Origin: Yuukianura sp. NJ FZ-2021
Taxonomy: Eukaryota
Direction: 5' to 3'
Length of the DNA stretch: 64,000 bases
Assembly: GCA_046563655.1 (NCBI GenBank)
Contig: CM102290.1
Coordinates: 2,728,001-2,792,000, forward strand
The position numbers and the translations under genes were made by a program. How positions within the stretch are numbered: the stretch's first letter is position 1; the number at the start of each line of letters is the position of its first letter. Positions 63,098-64,000 of the stretch are shown in pieces. The notes under the pieces are model-generated. The model saw only the letters and a program-made list of their open reading frames with translations, was not told the origin of the DNA and did not search any database.

Positions 63098-64000
63098 GTA
63101 CGGTTTTCCAAAACTAAAATGTCTAAACGTATTTGAACAAAATGCTCAATTTCTTTTCAAAAAGAGATTTCAAAATTCAAAATGACTTTTCAGTTGGTCT
63201 GTTTGGACCAGAGCTATAAGTAAGATTAGGCGTCTAAAACTGATTTGAATGTGGTAGATAGGAAGTGGACTTTTTGTTTCTAGTGGATACTGAAGTAGGC
63301 CCATGGGGCAGATTAGGCTTTTGACTTTCCCCAACTTCCTGTTTTAGTCAAAAACCCATTCCTCAGACGCTTATTTCAGACTTATGAAAATGTTAAGGAA
63401 GAAGAAACGCTTTCTTGTGCTCATTCCAAACTTGTAATTGAGTTTTAGAAACGATAATCGACTGCTTTAAGTTTTAACGAACTTTCTAGCCCACCTTTCA
63501 AAAAAATGTTACGCTGATCTATTTTTTAAGACCAAGTTTAACTAACAACGTGGCACAACCTAGCCTGTCTGCGCTTTTAACTTATGATGACGTGAGTTTT
63601 AAGCTAAACTTTTCTCAAAATTATTACTATTTTCGAAATTCCTTTCTCAAAAACCTAGAAAGGAATCAAAGGCGAGGTTTTTCCTTATCATAACTTCTTA
63701 AGATTGTCTACTAGTTCATGTATGTTTTATTGATATGTCTAGTGCGGTTGAATAGTATACCTCTGTGTTAGCTTAAGATGATCTTCATTTTTAATCAAAA
63801 AGTTGTTTTTTTTTCTAATTTAAAAAAAAATTCCAAGTTTGAATGAGCTTCAGGATACTTGGCTTTTTCAAGAGAAGGAAATTGAAGAAGAGGGAAAGTG
63901 GAAGAAGTTGTGGAGGTGTTCCGGTGTTGCCTACAGCACAAAACCAAACTAGAATTAAACATTTCTTGGAGTGCTACTAAGGAAAAGCGACAGCATCTAG

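Overview
AT-rich, intron-containing eukaryotic DNA from an arthropod; the undivided capa/pyrokinin gene suggests a basal hexapod or crustacean-grade lineage (inference only). All gene models were spliced by hand using GT-AG junctions and frame continuity. Left to right: one exon of a WDR91-like gene (-); a compact small-intron cluster of MCTS1 (+), a combined CAPA/pyrokinin PRXamide neuropeptide precursor (+), RhoGAP68F/ARHGAP1-like (-) and Tim8 (+); a complete 11-exon soluble guanylyl cyclase alpha subunit (-, 22718-49326); and the first five coding exons of the beta subunit (+, from 59218), head-to-head with alpha. Introns and intergenic DNA hold several non-autonomous DNA transposons (a hAT-like MITE family, a TA-flanked Tc1/mariner-like MITE carrying a 19-bp minisatellite, a Foldback/MULE-like element, nested insertions). 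The most notable items are the 373-aa precursor encoding 17 predicted PRXamides, including ten tandem atypical DNMSPRLamide-type peptides, and the divergent sGC alpha/beta pair next to it.
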